From positions 14,403 to 78,402 of the forward strand of contig JAQGDQ010000945.1 of NCBI GenBank assembly GCA_030141605.1: a stretch of DNA of 64,000 nt. The letters are read 5' to 3'. Of this stretch, positions 41,331 to 56,112 are shown piece by piece. This DNA is from Tubiluchus corallicola (Eukaryota; Animalia; Priapulida). Position 1 is the first letter of the stretch. The number at the start of each line of letters is the position of its first letter. The position numbers and the translations under genes are program-made. The notes under the pieces were generated by a model. It was not told the origin of the DNA, did no database searches, and was given only the letters and a program-made list of their open reading frames with translations.

Positions 41331-41799
41331 TGGAATAGAAGCATCACTTGACTCTAGTTGAGCAAGACAGAGCGTGGCAAAATGGCAGCAAATCATATGC
41401 GGCATGGGATGGAAATTTAGGCTAGCATAGGGCCCTCAAGATTGGGGGCACTCAAGGTTTGGAAACATTTGTTGAAAAATCTGTTTTTTTCACCAAGGTT
41501 GTGTTGAAATATGTGCTAATTTGGTTTGCGATAAATAATAAAAGTAATATTTCTGACAAACAAAAGACAGCTATTCTAGTTCATGTCAGGAATTTGCAAT
41601 AAGTTTCCTTCAAGCTATGTAAATGTAGCTAAAATATATCACCAATGAAAAATATTCAAGACATTTGCAGGCGAGTTAGAGGATGCCTCTGTCTGATGAG
41701 CTCCATAATTTCATTAGCAAAGGTACCCCGAAAAGTCACAATCCGACCCTGGAAATACCACTTGGAAACAGATGAGAGGTGATCGTGTTTTGCATGGAA

Positions 41800-42400
41800 A
41801 TACTGTTTGGAAGCAATTTCATGTATTGCTCGAATAACTAACGCACCATTGAAAGTAAGTCAGACACGACTTAAGACTTACGATGGAAATACCTACTTAG
41901 TAGCAAATATGGCTCTGCTGAGATGGTATTACCACATGGAAAGCAGTCACAATTTTGTTATAAGACGAAAACAACACACGAAAAAAAATCAAAGCTCTAA
42001 AAGATTTGGCAAAATACAAATACGACTGACGGATTAAGGCGTGAAAGTTCAGCTTTTCTTTATGCAAACTTAAAAGTTGCAGAATTAAACTATTAAATCA
42101 TGGTACAATAATTCTAAAACAAAAAACAAAATAGCCCGCTCTACACACATTAAAAATATTAGAAATATTTGTAATATTCTCGATATATTGCAGAATTACT
42201 CTAGATATAATGCTGATCAAAATAAAAGTTAATCAGGATTTGTGAAGACCACAAATGGTAAAGGAAAGAAAAGGAAACAATCACACCAGGAATTTCGTTA
42301 GAATGGAACTCTCGCTATGAAAGTCAGCATCATCATCACCACTCGGAAACTGAAAAACAGCGATTTGAGAACGTCCTGGTTTTCAATTTGCAAACTCACT
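41800..42400 (+). mobile_element. highly decayed Ty3/gypsy-like pol fragment
   Basis: APLKVSQTRLKTYDG resembles the gypsy protease region; SASSSP...KNSDLR resembles the start of RT; many stops and frameshifts. Confidence 0.35.
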
Positions 42401-43330
42401 TTGTAACGATTTAGCACAAACAAGGAAAAGTGAACCATCAAAGAAGAGATAAGCTAGTAAAATAAAAAGTATAAACACATGTTTCTGCGTGCTTAACGCT
42501 TCTATTAAAGCTCAGATATACAAGAAATAATTTGGCTTTCATCATTAGTGAGAAAAACTAATACGTAAGTTCTGTAATAATACAATTTTAAGAAGTGCAA
42601 TTTAACTGTCTTAACACATCGCTAATATATGAGAAACTCAAAATAATAAATAAAAGTTATAACGACTTTGCAATTTTAGCTTTGGTTAAAACTGCAATCA
42701 TCATGTGCTAAGTGCGACAATGTGTAAAGCTACAAGTAAAAAAATGCAGATAAAAGTTAACGTACTGAAAATGCGCTTGAAGAGGCAAATTGTCCACAGA
42801 AGATGATATGAAATTTTAAAGAATTTTTTTTTACAGTTTAAACTTGTCAGTGTATGTATTATAATTATGTAATTGTTTTGTTGACGCACTTTGTGTGCAA
42901 CGTGTCGTCGAGCTGGAAATACAGAAAAAACTTAATACCACAAACAAAAAAATTCACAAACAAAACTGTAACATTCGGTCCTATAAAAAAACATTACGTC
43001 ATAACGTAGGTTAATTACACTTGAAAAATTGAAAAAGTTTTTACGAAAAATGATGGGACTAATATTTTGTCTGGGAGCTATTATCAATCGGACTGACAAT
43101 ATTAAAAATTCTGTGAAATGTTGCTATTTGGAATCTTGAAATTGAAGTTGGCAGTGCTCTTCATAAGGGTCATCTCTGCTTCTCTTTTAACACCATTACG
43201 CATGGTGTTAATGTGTAACAACACAATTTTCTGTAGCTCAAAATCTACGCAACATGATCTTATCTGGTTTTAAAGTGCAGTAGCATAACACTTGTTTATT
43301 AAAAAATCAATAGCAACGCAGAATTCTTCG

Positions 43331-44198
43331 TTATCTCCGTCTATAGTATCTTCTCGTGTAGTGATCGTAACGCGGTGGATACGGATACAGCAATTCTGGA
43401 TAGAATGGTTTGTGTACTCTGTCCAGAACATCCTTTATATAACCCCAAGGCGTCTTGATTTTGCCAATGTCAAACCGTTCTCCGTGCATGTATGGTTGTC
43501 CATTATCGTCGTAACTGCCTCTGCAGAGCACTATCATCTGAAAACGCGCGGAGAATTCAAATTTTTACTTGCAAATTACAATGAAGTGAATACATGAACG
43601 TTTTTTCTTGTTCTGCTAACAATCACCACCTTTCCGTCATCATCAACACAACCACCGCCACTGCCATCTTCATTATCATGATGGCCAACATCAACATCAT
43701 CATTAAGATGATAAAATGTCCACCGTGTCTACTTCGAAGTTAGCATAATTTATTATAACCCTTTATTAGGCCTTCCAATAAGTAATGAAAAAGAAAAAAC
43801 GCAATAGGAGAAAAGGAAAAAAAATCAAGTGTTCTACAGAACAATAGAATTCAGCTCCGTTCGTCTATTGTAGCTGCACGAAGTTAGAATATAGTTACAT
43901 GTAATCACTTAGAAAATCTAAAATCTAAAATCTAAAATATAAAAATAAAAAATATAAATAAAATAAAATATATAAATATAAAATTTAAAAATATTCGTTC
44001 AAATTAATAACGTATAACATGTTTAGCCTTGATTATAAATAGCAGTTAATCGACTAATAATAAGCAAAAAACTATGCCATCATCTCACTTACGTAAAAAA
44101 TAAGCATTTTAAACTAATAGCAGTTACTTTTTCGAGTACCAGAGTATAGTGACCAAACTTACTCCCAAAAGGATTAGGCAAATTATCTTCAAGTTCAT
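43331..44198 (-). CDS. small secreted Tyr/Arg/Pro-rich orphan peptide; 2 exons (44198-44163, 43537-43331), 80 aa
   Basis: Exon 1 MNLKIICLILLG ends at GGA|gtaagt. Exon 2 follows a ttttcag acceptor: MIVLCRG-SYDDNG...YDHYTRRYYRRR*. Splicing creates a canonical 19-aa signal peptide. AATAAA lies ~30 nt after the stop (43300-43295). Confidence 0.78.
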
Positions 44199-44912
44199 CT
44201 CGGATTATCGTTCTTGTATCAGCCGGCTTAGTACAGGCACTGCTTTAGCTCACAAACTCATAGCATCTGCAAAATTCTCCTGTACCTGAATAATTTCTCA
44301 TTCACACTCCATTGCATGACCTAGTCCCGATGACATTTAAACTCTTCTACCATTCAAACTTACGAAGGTGTGAGGCTATAATTAGAGAAAATGAACAATA
44401 GTCTGAGTTCAACCTATAGAGTAGTGCCTAATTGTAAAGGAGAGAAATATAGTAAAGTAATGCATGAACGAACAAGTGTACCATAACGATCACTCACATC
44501 TTTAATAATTAGATATTCGGCAAATTGTATACCACTAATTTCAAATTCAAACTGCATATAAATTTAATAAGCAAAAGATTAATTTTAAATTAAAACTTAG
44601 CAAAAAAAAACTTAAAACTTGAAAACTAAGGATACACGGATAGGCACTTCAAGCGTAAATTAGACAAAATTATTTATTTACGAAAACATTTAAAACGAGA
44701 GTAACGCCATGACCGTTTTTGCACGTGATTATACCTGGTTGAGTGTAGTCCCAGTTCTACCAGTGTCTCAGCCCCTACCCCAAATGTCTTCCCTGCAGTT
44801 TCTGATTGTACAAAAAGCTATTCAGTGTTATGTATTGTGGCTCCTATGCCCATACGCTCCTTGAAGAATACCGGCTTTAAGAGGATAGGTGCACATCTAC
44901 CCCACATTGCCT

Positions 44913-45357
<445 letters not shown>

Positions 45358-46599
45358 ATCAAACTAACAGGTCTAAACACATAATACTTACAAAGGAAAT
45401 TGACTTTAATTCAAAGGAGGAGTTGAATGACACTAGAAAAACTGGCCAATATACAGTGTAATTGACCCTTTGACCGAGGTCACTGTTAACATCACCGTTT
45501 TCAAGGCCCCTTCCCGGAGTATCAACGGGAAATATCGCAATATCGCAAAGTAGAATAAAATTGCTTATATAATACTTTAGATTTTCACTCGTTTTGTTGC
45601 ATGTCCTCGCAAAAGAACTGGAAATTGGTCACAGTCAAGTTGAGCACTCCGATCATTTGTTCTAAAATTCATTTTGACTATTTAATAAAAAATAATGCTA
45701 AAAATTTCCATTTACATACATACTTACAATCCTAGTTTAATCAGTAAGAAACAAAGCTAATCAATTAATCAATTTTGTATAAAAAGGACCGTAATCAGAC
45801 GAGGAAAATAATTAACACTCATTACGAGCATGTCAAAAATTTTAGTTTAATTTTGTCTAGATTATACTGCATATAATCTGCACGACAAGAACATTTTTAG
45901 CTTCACATAATTTTTGGACAAATTTCCTTATTTCCTTATACAGAGAAAAAGAATAGTAAATAAATGAATAAATAATGACTGTCTTTTTATTGCAGATTTA
46001 AACAAAGTTATCTGGTTATCGCCTTCTTTGTTAGTTTAGTTTAAACTTTATTTATTTTAAGTGAATTTACAAAACAGACTACGCGTAATACAAGTATCTT
46101 CACGATACCAGTGCTAAGTGCAAGGTGCTAATAAAACAATAATGGGCGTTACAACCAATCTAACACTTCTTTAGATCAAATAAGCGGCTCACATACAATT
46201 TGGAGAAAATGCTTTAAGCTTCTATACTGAACTGAAGCTAAACAGTTTACATGTTAATTCGTAAAAACAACATTTAAATAACAGCAGTAATAATAAGATA
46301 CATTTGCAAAGTAAGTCGCTCAGTGAACATCTTATAGTGCGTTCTATTGCGACAGGTCAATTTAATAAACTGCTGTAATAATTTGTGTAGAATATAGCAA
46401 GATTCGTCACCAGTTTTGAATTTTTCAAATACTTTTGTGTATAGAACTGCGAGATTATAATTTTGTTTAGGCTTTACGCGTTACAATCTCTTTCTTTTTG
46501 TCTTATTATAATTATTGGTCCTGATTTTCGATGATTTACAAAACGTAATTGCATGCAGACGCTGGGCGCTTTGGTGTATCATCTTAGGCTTTATACTAT

Positions 46600-47150
46600 A
46601 ATAGCTTTTCTATAAAAATGAGACATGCCACACGCCAGAAGCACTACAACAGGTTCCTGAGACATTATTATACGCAACACGTATTTTGTTTAAGACTTGT
46701 TTATAGTCTTAAACTATCAGTCTTATACTAGTATAGCCTAGTGGTAATACGTCCGGTTTCCGTCTGAGAGGTCGTGAGTTGAATACTGCGGCCGGGGAAT
46801 ACCAAAGACTTTAAAAGTGCTACCTGCTGTTACCTTGCTTGTCGCATGATATTTAGGGTAAAGCATATACAGTCGGCAGTTAATTGTTCAGCCACAAACC
46901 GACTTTATAATTATAAGACAATATTATCAAATTTCGTCGTTAACATGGACGGGTTTTTCGATTAATGAGTTAATGCGTGCGTAGAATAGGTGCGTATCAT
47001 TTTTGTCGTCCGCATAGTCAGCCAAATCAGAACAAATTACATAACCTAAATATTTTTTCTTATGAACTAACACGCAATGTATGTGAAACCAAGGGGACAG
47101 TTCGCTGTTTCCAACAGTAACAACATTATTTAGTCCACGTGAAAGAAATT
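46600..47150 (-). mobile_element. decayed LINE ORF2 C-terminal fragment
   Basis: KKKYLGYVICSDLAD...LFYARINSLI resembles the KYLG..I..DL.D...Y.R.N.L region of L2-group RTs; interrupted by SINE copy 3. Confidence 0.55.
46731..46915 (+). mobile_element. tRNA-derived SINE copy 3 (internally deleted), inserted in a LINE fragment
   Basis: gtatagcctagtggtaa (box A) ... gaggtcgtgagttgaatac (box B) ... accaaagactttaaaagtgctacctgctgttaccttgcttg (Meta-type core). Confidence 0.75.
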
Positions 47151-48269
47151 TCAAGAATTTACTTATGTTATGTAATTAAATTAGATATTATGTCTGGTAG
47201 CAAAATTATTACAACAGTCTAAGACAATTATTGCAACAATTATTACAATAGAGAAGATTTCCATACAAATCTCTTAACGTAAAGTGTGTAAAAATACCTC
47301 CAGTTAAATGTAGTCGTGGAAAAAGTAATAAAATGTGCTTAATGATTATTTTAAGATTCATTATTAATTTACTTTCTCCCAGGCTTATTTAATCGTTCTT
47401 TACAAACAGTGAAAGACGAATAGATTACACTTGAAGGCTTTTAATAAAATCCAGGGAAATTAACACGTGAGATGAACCGTAAAGACAAATGAAATGCGAG
47501 CAAATGTTTGATATTAAAACCGACTGTAGTGATTTGCAGTAATCTGTAATAGCCTGCTGTGAAATTTGGGGTAGACCTATAAATGTATTTCAATGATTGC
47601 AGTAATAATTTGTGGTGTGAGGCAACAAAGGTTGTACATAATGTGTCAGAAACACCGTTTCCGCGTCACAAACACCAAATGCTCTACCAGTCACGGAGTT
47701 TTTAGATCTGTATCTAATACAAATAGTCACACACAGCCAGAAAGACCACAGCGGATACTGGACTTTACGTGACTGCTTTTCGCACGTGGTCCCAGAAAAT
47801 CTGCATTGCCAGGATCCTGATTTATTATGCAATGTAAGCATAATATGTAACCGCCTTGTATCTATCTTTCGTTACCGTCTGCTAGCACATCAAAGCCCCG
47901 ACTAAGCTCCTTTTGTTGTGTACATAGGCCCTAATTATGTGTTTCTAGTGACATTGAAGTCCCTATATGTTTTGTTGTGTCCATGTGTAGATATTGTGTA
48001 GATATCTAGATGTTGTGCAAAGGAGGCACAAGTGGACAAAGTCATTAAAGGGGAAGGAAAAGTTATTTTAAAGTACATCCCAGAGACTTTCCATACAAGG
48101 TTATATTATTACGAGGCAGTACGCTTACCTGATAGAAAGACTGTGTAACGGGAAAAAATCTTAATACTTTCTTAATACGTGAGGTAAAACGGCAGTGTAT
48201 CGCCTACACAGTGGCAACACTGACTCAGCAAAGAGAATTATTGATTTTACTGACAATATAAAGTAATTA

Positions 48270-48780
48270 AACCTTTGCTTAGCTAGCGAAGATTCCGCCT
48301 ATTGTGGGAATTTTGTACGCCAGAGTCGCCAATATATGGTGTCCCCACCTAATGAGAGATATCGACATTATTGAAAACGTGCATAGGTTATTTCACTAGA
48401 AGATTGTCATAGGAGAGTCGTGAATTTCTTGCTATGTCTTACTATAACAGACTTTTAGCTTTGCATATGTTGTCAATAGATGAGAGAAAAATTCATTATG
48501 ATCTAAAATGAGCTACAATATTATTCATAGGAAAGATGACTTAGATGTAAATGAATCTTTTACTCGTGCTCTCAGAATTTCTAGGCGTCATTGCCAGAAC
48601 TTTATGTGAATGGATCTGTATTGTCTTAGTAACTCAACATTCGTTTACCAATAGAGTAGTCAAGTACTGTACTCTTTCTGAACATGTAAATGGGTCTCCT
48701 CTGGAAAATGCTGCTTCCAGTAAACTATTTAGTCAAACATTAATGATATTGACTTTTCACCACATTTATATTTTTGCAGG
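48270..48780 (+). mobile_element. decayed CR1-like LINE 3' fragment
   Basis: Frameshifted peptides ...WCPHLMRDIDIIENVHR/FTRRL...SYYNRLLAL...SFTNRVV, typical of the CR1 ORF2 C-terminus. Confidence 0.7.
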
Positions 48781-49627
48781 CGCATGTAAATAGTTATTTT
48801 ACTCTTATTATCTCTTCCTTACCGTTTTAAGCTTATCTCGCTTATTATTGTATATCTTTTATTGTTTTGTGCAGTTAATTACATACCATTATTACACAGT
48901 TTATTACATAGTTTAATAAAAAAATAAATAAAAAAGAAGAGTGTGTTAGGAATGCTCTGATTATTTTTTACTTTACTCAAAATCATCTAACTTGTTTCAA
49001 ACGATTTACCGTTAAAATGGCTGCGCCTAACAGTCACCATAGAGTTTAAATTTTCAAATTTTATGCAGCGTTACTGTTAACTCAAGCCGTATATGTAAGA
49101 AGACTGCATGTAAGTCTAATGCAATTTCAAAGTTAAACTTTATTTATGAAGAGTGTTTTTGTGTTTTAAAAGCGAAAAGCGAGAAGCGCTGTCTCGTATC
49201 TTTTCCACAGAGTAAACAAAGCTGCTATAGGTATAATCATTATGCAAGTACGTAACTACATCTTGTAAGTCACCAAATAGATAAAATGCTAACGTACAAT
49301 GTTTGCCCTTTAACTTTATCACGATATTTTTAAAAGTTCCCAGGTTTCTGCCAAGGCCCTATTTTTCAGCATCCTTTTTAATTGCTATCTTATTATTATT
49401 GCTAACTTTCACTATGAAAAATTGTATAAATTCAATTGTGCTACTGTCACGGATGTACAAGTGTAGAGCAGGATATGGCTGGCATCAGCTGTCTGTATTG
49501 GCAGACAAGCTCACGAACTAAAAATGTGAAAGTCACCAGCATTATTATCTATTTGTACATAAATTGCATTTATTTTTATTTAATTGTGATTTTTAATAGT
49601 AGGGTTCTGTTTCTAATTTTTCCACCG

Positions 49628-49768
49628 TCTCTCTTTCTTGTACTTTCTCTCGTCTCTGTTTCTCTGTCTCTCTCTCCCCCTTTCTCTCTGTCTCTCTTTC
49701 TCTGTCTCTCTCTTTCTGTCGCTCTTGTTTTCGCTGACTTTTTCTCTTTCTCCGTCTCCCTCTCTTTC
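49628..49768. repeat. degenerate CT-rich polypyrimidine tract
   Basis: Seen directly. Confidence 0.85.
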
Positions 49769-50242
49769 ACTCGCAAAGTTTTTGTTTTCATCTTGTTTCT
49801 GTACAATGACTAAAATATCGAATTGCGCCTTAATTATGCTGTTTTTTACTGTCTATTTTTGGGTGCCTTTATTACTGTCATGAATCATGAATACTGTTTA
49901 TGAGTCATCAAAAGCTGTTCGTCCTCAGCATTCCTCAAAATTAAAGTTGCTAAGATCTGTCTTAACAGTTTTTGCAAAAATTCTAAGCCACATAAAGTGC
50001 GTAAAGTCTTTTGCTACAATGAACTATAACAAGACAAATGCACTTATAAATAAGACGTTTATATGCCAACACGACGCAATTTCCATCTAAATGAAACTTT
50101 TACCTGGTCTGAACTTTACAGAGTGTAAATTAAAAGTTCACGAAACAAGAGAATACATATATTCTTGGAACGAAGCCTGAAAAGCACATGAGGAAATGTA
50201 AATTTGGCAGAGAAGCAAATAAAAGCAATAACTATATGAAGT

Positions 50243-50633
<391 letters not shown>

Positions 50634-51417
50634 GAGATTTGGGGATTTAGTTTTACCTTGTATGATAATTAACAGGGCAGGTTTGAGCTTATACTTATTC
50701 ATTAGTTCAGATTGATATTGAATTAAAAAACCAATTGTCAAGTACTGAATAAATTAAATGTATAAAATCGCGGTGAACGTAAACGTTGAATATAATAACA
50801 TAACAAACAATAATCTTTCCAAACAAAAAAGAAAATGATCTCAAAGTGGTATTAAAACGTTGAAATTTACACAAGAGAAGGTTAGGAGAAACCAGAATAG
50901 CCATTTTAGTAGTGGCTTTTTATATTCACTTTCCTAGCAAAATATACGAATAACTAGAATGAAAGAATAATTACTCTGTGAAGCAATGCAGCTGCTGCTA
51001 GAGCTTAGATTTCCTGCATATTGAGTTGCACCGTTGCACTAATGTTGTAGTACTTATTACAAGGAAAACTCACCACTCTTTTCGCTGATGTTATATTTTT
51101 AGCGTTTTGAATTGATTACGACCTCATCATTTCCATTAAGAAGGCTTGCTGCTGGTTTATTCTACCGTGGTACATTGTATAAAGACTTATTGTTTATTAT
51201 AAGTGCCTTTGAAGCAGCCCGAAGAGCAGAGGCTTGAGGAAGTTGTTCAGACGGCTTCGTCTCTCAAGAAGCGTTGCTCAGACGACCACAAGTAGATGAT
51301 ATTAGGTGGCATGGGGACAAATGAAAATCCTTGGTGCGCTAGTTTTAGGAAAGACGAAGCTCAATCGAACAATTTTTTGTTCATTCCTCAAAACTAATAT
51401 GAAATAAATTCATTTCT

Positions 51418-51688
<271 letters not shown>

Positions 51689-53081
51689 CTTTCTCTTTCT
51701 TTTTGTCGGCAGGAAGCACGAAATTAGTTTATATAATGAGGCGAAAAAAGGTGAAAAATACACCAGTTGAAAATGTAATGCAGCAAGTTGTGCTTCTCAC
51801 AAGTTTTTTTATGGCTGACCTTGTAGAAAAAAATCCTTAGCTACACTAACAAACAGTACAAGGATAAACTGTTTTTTTTAGAAATAATAGAATTTTTTCA
51901 AGAACACTGTTTTAAGTAAGTCTTACTTACTCTCGTTTTGTAGTATAACCTTTAATTATACTAATTATAAATAAAAATAAAAACAAAACCCCAAGCATTA
52001 CACAATGTACGTTGTGCGACACAAGAAAATTGTCATGACAAGAGTGATTTTTAGAACGTTTGACATATGAATTTACTTGAATTGAGAAAAATAAAAACAC
52101 TTTCTGTATTAATTTGATCACTCTTACTCTCGTATGCAAAACTATAAAAGTATTTTCAAATATGAAACTTAAAATGTAGCTAAATATTGATCAGTATTGT
52201 TGAAATTTTCCAAACTGCTTTCCTGGATTTCAGCGAAATTCATTAATTATTCTATTGTTTTGCGTGAAACCTAATTGCGCAGAAAGTCAACGTGACAACA
52301 ACACGTGGAAGTTTCTCCAAGCGTTCAAGAGAGAAAAGAGCTCTTTTGTAACAGCAATTTCTTCTGACAATTAAGCCACGTTTCCTAGAAATTTCGGGTT
52401 AAGCACAAGAAAAGCTGCAGAATACTTCAGAGAAATGAACAGATTATATTGACTGATTGCTTATTCACGATGACGTTGGACAAAAAGAAGGAAAGGAGCG
52501 TCCTAGGATAAGAACTTAGCAATTTAATCAAGCGTGACATGTTAGTTTTCTTTTACATTTCTTAATCTGCTAGCAGCGGATCTAAAAGAACCCGTACTCT
52601 GATTTCATTTCATTTCATCATTATTTTAGACTCGAATCATAATATTTAACAGAGGTACCAAGTCGTTTTAATACCGAATAGGACTGATCGACAATGAGCA
52701 GTGTACATGTGGTCATACGTCTCAGATCCTCAATGACTAACATGTAGAAGCAGAATGTGCACAGTTTTGTGAAATACTAAAATTTTACTTTTAGGTAAAA
52801 AGTGCTCAGTGCATAAAGGTCCTGTGACTATTACAGTTGAGGTAGAACCTAACCATTGGCTATAGAAGTAGCGTTTGGGTAAACAATAATGGTGCAGTCA
52901 AGGTCGTGTTACTGGCTCAGTTACTCGATGCATAGTAGCATCTGTCCTTTAGTAATAATAATTCTTTCAATCTGGGTCAAAATTTGGGTAGTAGGTGCTA
53001 TTCATAGTTCATTAGAGTGATTTTGTTTGGAGGGCTCCCAAGAAGCGTCCAAGCTTGTGTCTAAACAAAAAGATTCACGAA

Positions 53082-53153
53082 TGCCCTGAGGGCAGCTGGG
53101 TATCGAACCCACCATCTTCGGGTTGTGGGCAACAGCTATGTTGACACTGCCAA
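53082..53153 (-). pseudogene. degenerate tRNA-like sequence (pseudogene or SINE head)
   Basis: Minus strand ...gcccacaacccgaagatggtgggttcgatacccagc... contains a box-B/T-arm (GGTTCGATACC); the D arm and acceptor stem do not fold convincingly. Confidence 0.35.
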
Positions 53154-54439
53154 ACTTTGTCTAATTAGATGAGTTTCTTCACGGATTCCCTGCAAAAAGA
53201 TAGTTTAGGGTAGATTACCAGAACCTGGGTGTGGTACATAATGGCAGCCATTTCGGAAAACTAAAAAAATCTGCTAAAATCGGGCTCTGCTAAAGTCTGC
53301 GCAACTGGAATGGTCCGTAGTTTCTTCGTACGAAATGTCAGTCCCTTACGATGAAAACCATACACGTGACAGTTCTGAAAGATAAATGTGACATCGTAGA
53401 GCAAAAATTTTACGAGATTCTGAATGTTCACATTCTTCGTATCTAACATCTTCCTTATCGCCATATTGTGGTTAAACAAAATTTGACGTATAAGTAGGGC
53501 TTATATCTCCCGTTCACAAATGAAGCCATGTCGATATCTAATATGTCCATAGTGACTTCTATTTATATTTATAGGTAAGTTGAGTCTTCATTGTTAATCT
53601 TGATTACACTAGCGAAAAGATAGACTGGCGAAAAAGTAGACTGGCGAAAAGATAACTGGTGAAACGACATACAATCACAGCAACAACAATCAAGCTGTTC
53701 ATGTTAAGACTTTGGAAGGGCACTGGAATTTGCAAAAGTGCATTGATTACGTGTTCTCTTCTAATGAAAAACGGCATTGGTATAAAGCTCGAATAAAAAA
53801 CTTGACGTCCGGTAGACAAATGTATGTGCGGTAGAGAAAAATAAAAGTAAATAAAAAACAGAAAACATTGTTTCGCGAAGCAGAAACAAGTATTTTGCAC
53901 ATTTGCCTACCCTGTGCATTAACTGTTTGGTGAACATGAAACATCTACCGCGTGACAGCAAACCGGCGATTGAAAACTAGTAAATCACGTTACACAATCA
54001 GAATTTTGTTTCGCACATGTTGTTTGGTTCTCGGAAAATATCCAGTAGACAATATGAAGCGACTGCGAAGGACTTGTACTAGAGTTTCTTGTTTTCTGGA
54101 TTAGATGAGGGCTCGAGGCTGACATTCGCCGGCCACAGAACTTTGCCGGGAAACATCGCCCCAGTGGGAATGGACTCTAATGACCTTTTTTCACAGGTCT
54201 TTAAGCTTGAATGAAGGAAATTGCGTGATATTGGAAATGCATCTGCTTCTGTTTATCGCTCGCCTGGGTTTTGCTAAGAAGCCATTTACGGAAGCCGGAT
54301 CAAATGCGCTTAAATAATAACGTGAACATTAGGTAATATAAACTCCTTAAGTAAAGCTTGTCCTCATTTTTTATTAATGGAAAGGAAACCACTTTCAGGT
54401 TTCATTAATTTTGACGCACAAAACAAAGATCTGGCGCGC

Positions 54440-54506
54440 TGCTGTTCCTGTTCCTGTTGCTGCTGCTGTTGTTGTTGCTGTAGCTGTTGTTGTTGTTGTT
54501 GTTGCT

Positions 54507-54604
<98 letters not shown>

Positions 54605-54696
54605 TGTTGTTGTTGCTGTAGTAGTTGTTGTCGTTGTCGTTGTGTAGTAGTAGTAGTAGTAGTAGCAGCAGTAGTAGTAGTAGTAGTAGCAGCAGC

Positions 54697-54777
<81 letters not shown>

Positions 54778-54779
54778 TG
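54440..54779. repeat. compound (GCT/GTT/GTA/GCA)n microsatellite
   Basis: Seen directly; explains the homopolymer ORFs here. Confidence 0.97.
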
Positions 54780-56020
54780 TCAAGGATTTTGTTTGTCAAA
54801 TTTAGTATAGCTATAAGTTACAAGTGGCAACACCTGGCCTCAATAGTCGCTTCTTACAGAGTTTCCGGTCATTTAGGTTTCAATGTGTACATGTGGTGAC
54901 GTGGCTGTGTGAACTCATGATTAATGCCAATGATGTACGTAAATTTTATTTAGTCATTTATTTTATTTACTGTAAGCTTCTCATTAATTTAATCATATTC
55001 GATGTTTTGGTAAAAATGAATCAGTTTGTTAAAGAAATTTATATATTATTTCAGATAAAATGTAATATTTTGGGATGAAGCAAATATGACTACGGGACAT
55101 GTGCCATGAAAATAGTACAAACAATAAACAGTTACACTGAGCGAATGATGACTTTGTTTGTTTGTCTCCGTAAAGCCCAAACAGTAGTTGTTGTTGTTGT
55201 TGTTGCTCTTGTTAGAGTTGTTCTTATTGTTGTTGTTGGCAGTGGTGGTGGCGGTGGTTGGCAGTGCCACCTCGAGTTTTTTTGCTTATATTGTCGTTAT
55301 GTGTTTCTCACTATACTTCCACTCGGTGTCGCCATTACAGTTGCTCTTGCTGTTGTTACTACTGCTGTTCAAAAGATGACTAATTCAGGCAAGGAGCTCT
55401 AAGGACTACTCAAGCCAACCTAGAACTGCCACTTCCTTTGGTTTTGCTACAAGCGCCAAATGAATTAAACTTAGTCGCTTTAACCTGATCCTCGCTCGGT
55501 TGATTTATTATAGAGAACTCTTTTGCGTTTATTCCTTCTTAAGAATAATAAGGCATAAGAAAGACGAATGACTCAGGGTTTACAACCAGTAAGCAATAAA
55601 TCAAAAACATCATGCGCATCAAGAGCAGGGCTCTTACGATTTATTGTTTAGACCATTTGCATAATATCTAATTAAGCAGTCAGTTTCGGAAGGAGATGTC
55701 CACACAAATTATTTCTGCCACTATTAATTCGGCTGTTCATAAAAATAACAATCTAATCTTTGCTGATAAATTACTCAATTTGCTGAACGCATGCGAGGAT
55801 TTTAATTCGCTAAACGTTACGTTGAGAATGCGTTGTTTAATATTCGTACTAAATTTATCTTTTCCTTTTATGTGTTAAAGTTAACAATAATATTTTACAA
55901 GAAATCCAAAACTTACAGCTAAAACGGCCCAATGCTGAATTCGTCGTAATGACTCTGTGTCATGTATTAATTTTGTAGACAGATTGTTGAAGATCTTGAT
56001 GTTATCCTCACTATTCTTGC

Positions 56021-56042
56021 TGTTGTGGTGGTGGTGGTGGTG

Positions 56043-56089
<47 letters not shown>

Positions 56090-56112
56090 GGTGGTGGTGG
56101 TGGTGGTGGTGG
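56021..56112. repeat. compound (GGT)n/(AGT)n microsatellite
   Basis: Seen directly. Confidence 0.95.

Noticed and set aside
44093-44107. Alternative first exon MLIFY|gtaag for the secreted peptide
   Set aside because: Gives only a 12-aa leader with no basic n-region; the 44198 exon gives a much better signal peptide.
47611-47953. Possible additional solo LTR (TGTCAC...CACCACA on the minus strand)
   Set aside because: No matching TSD and no second copy in the window.
52270-52460. NNTWKFLQAFKREK resembling a MULE transposase C-terminus
   Set aside because: Too short and degenerate to support a call.
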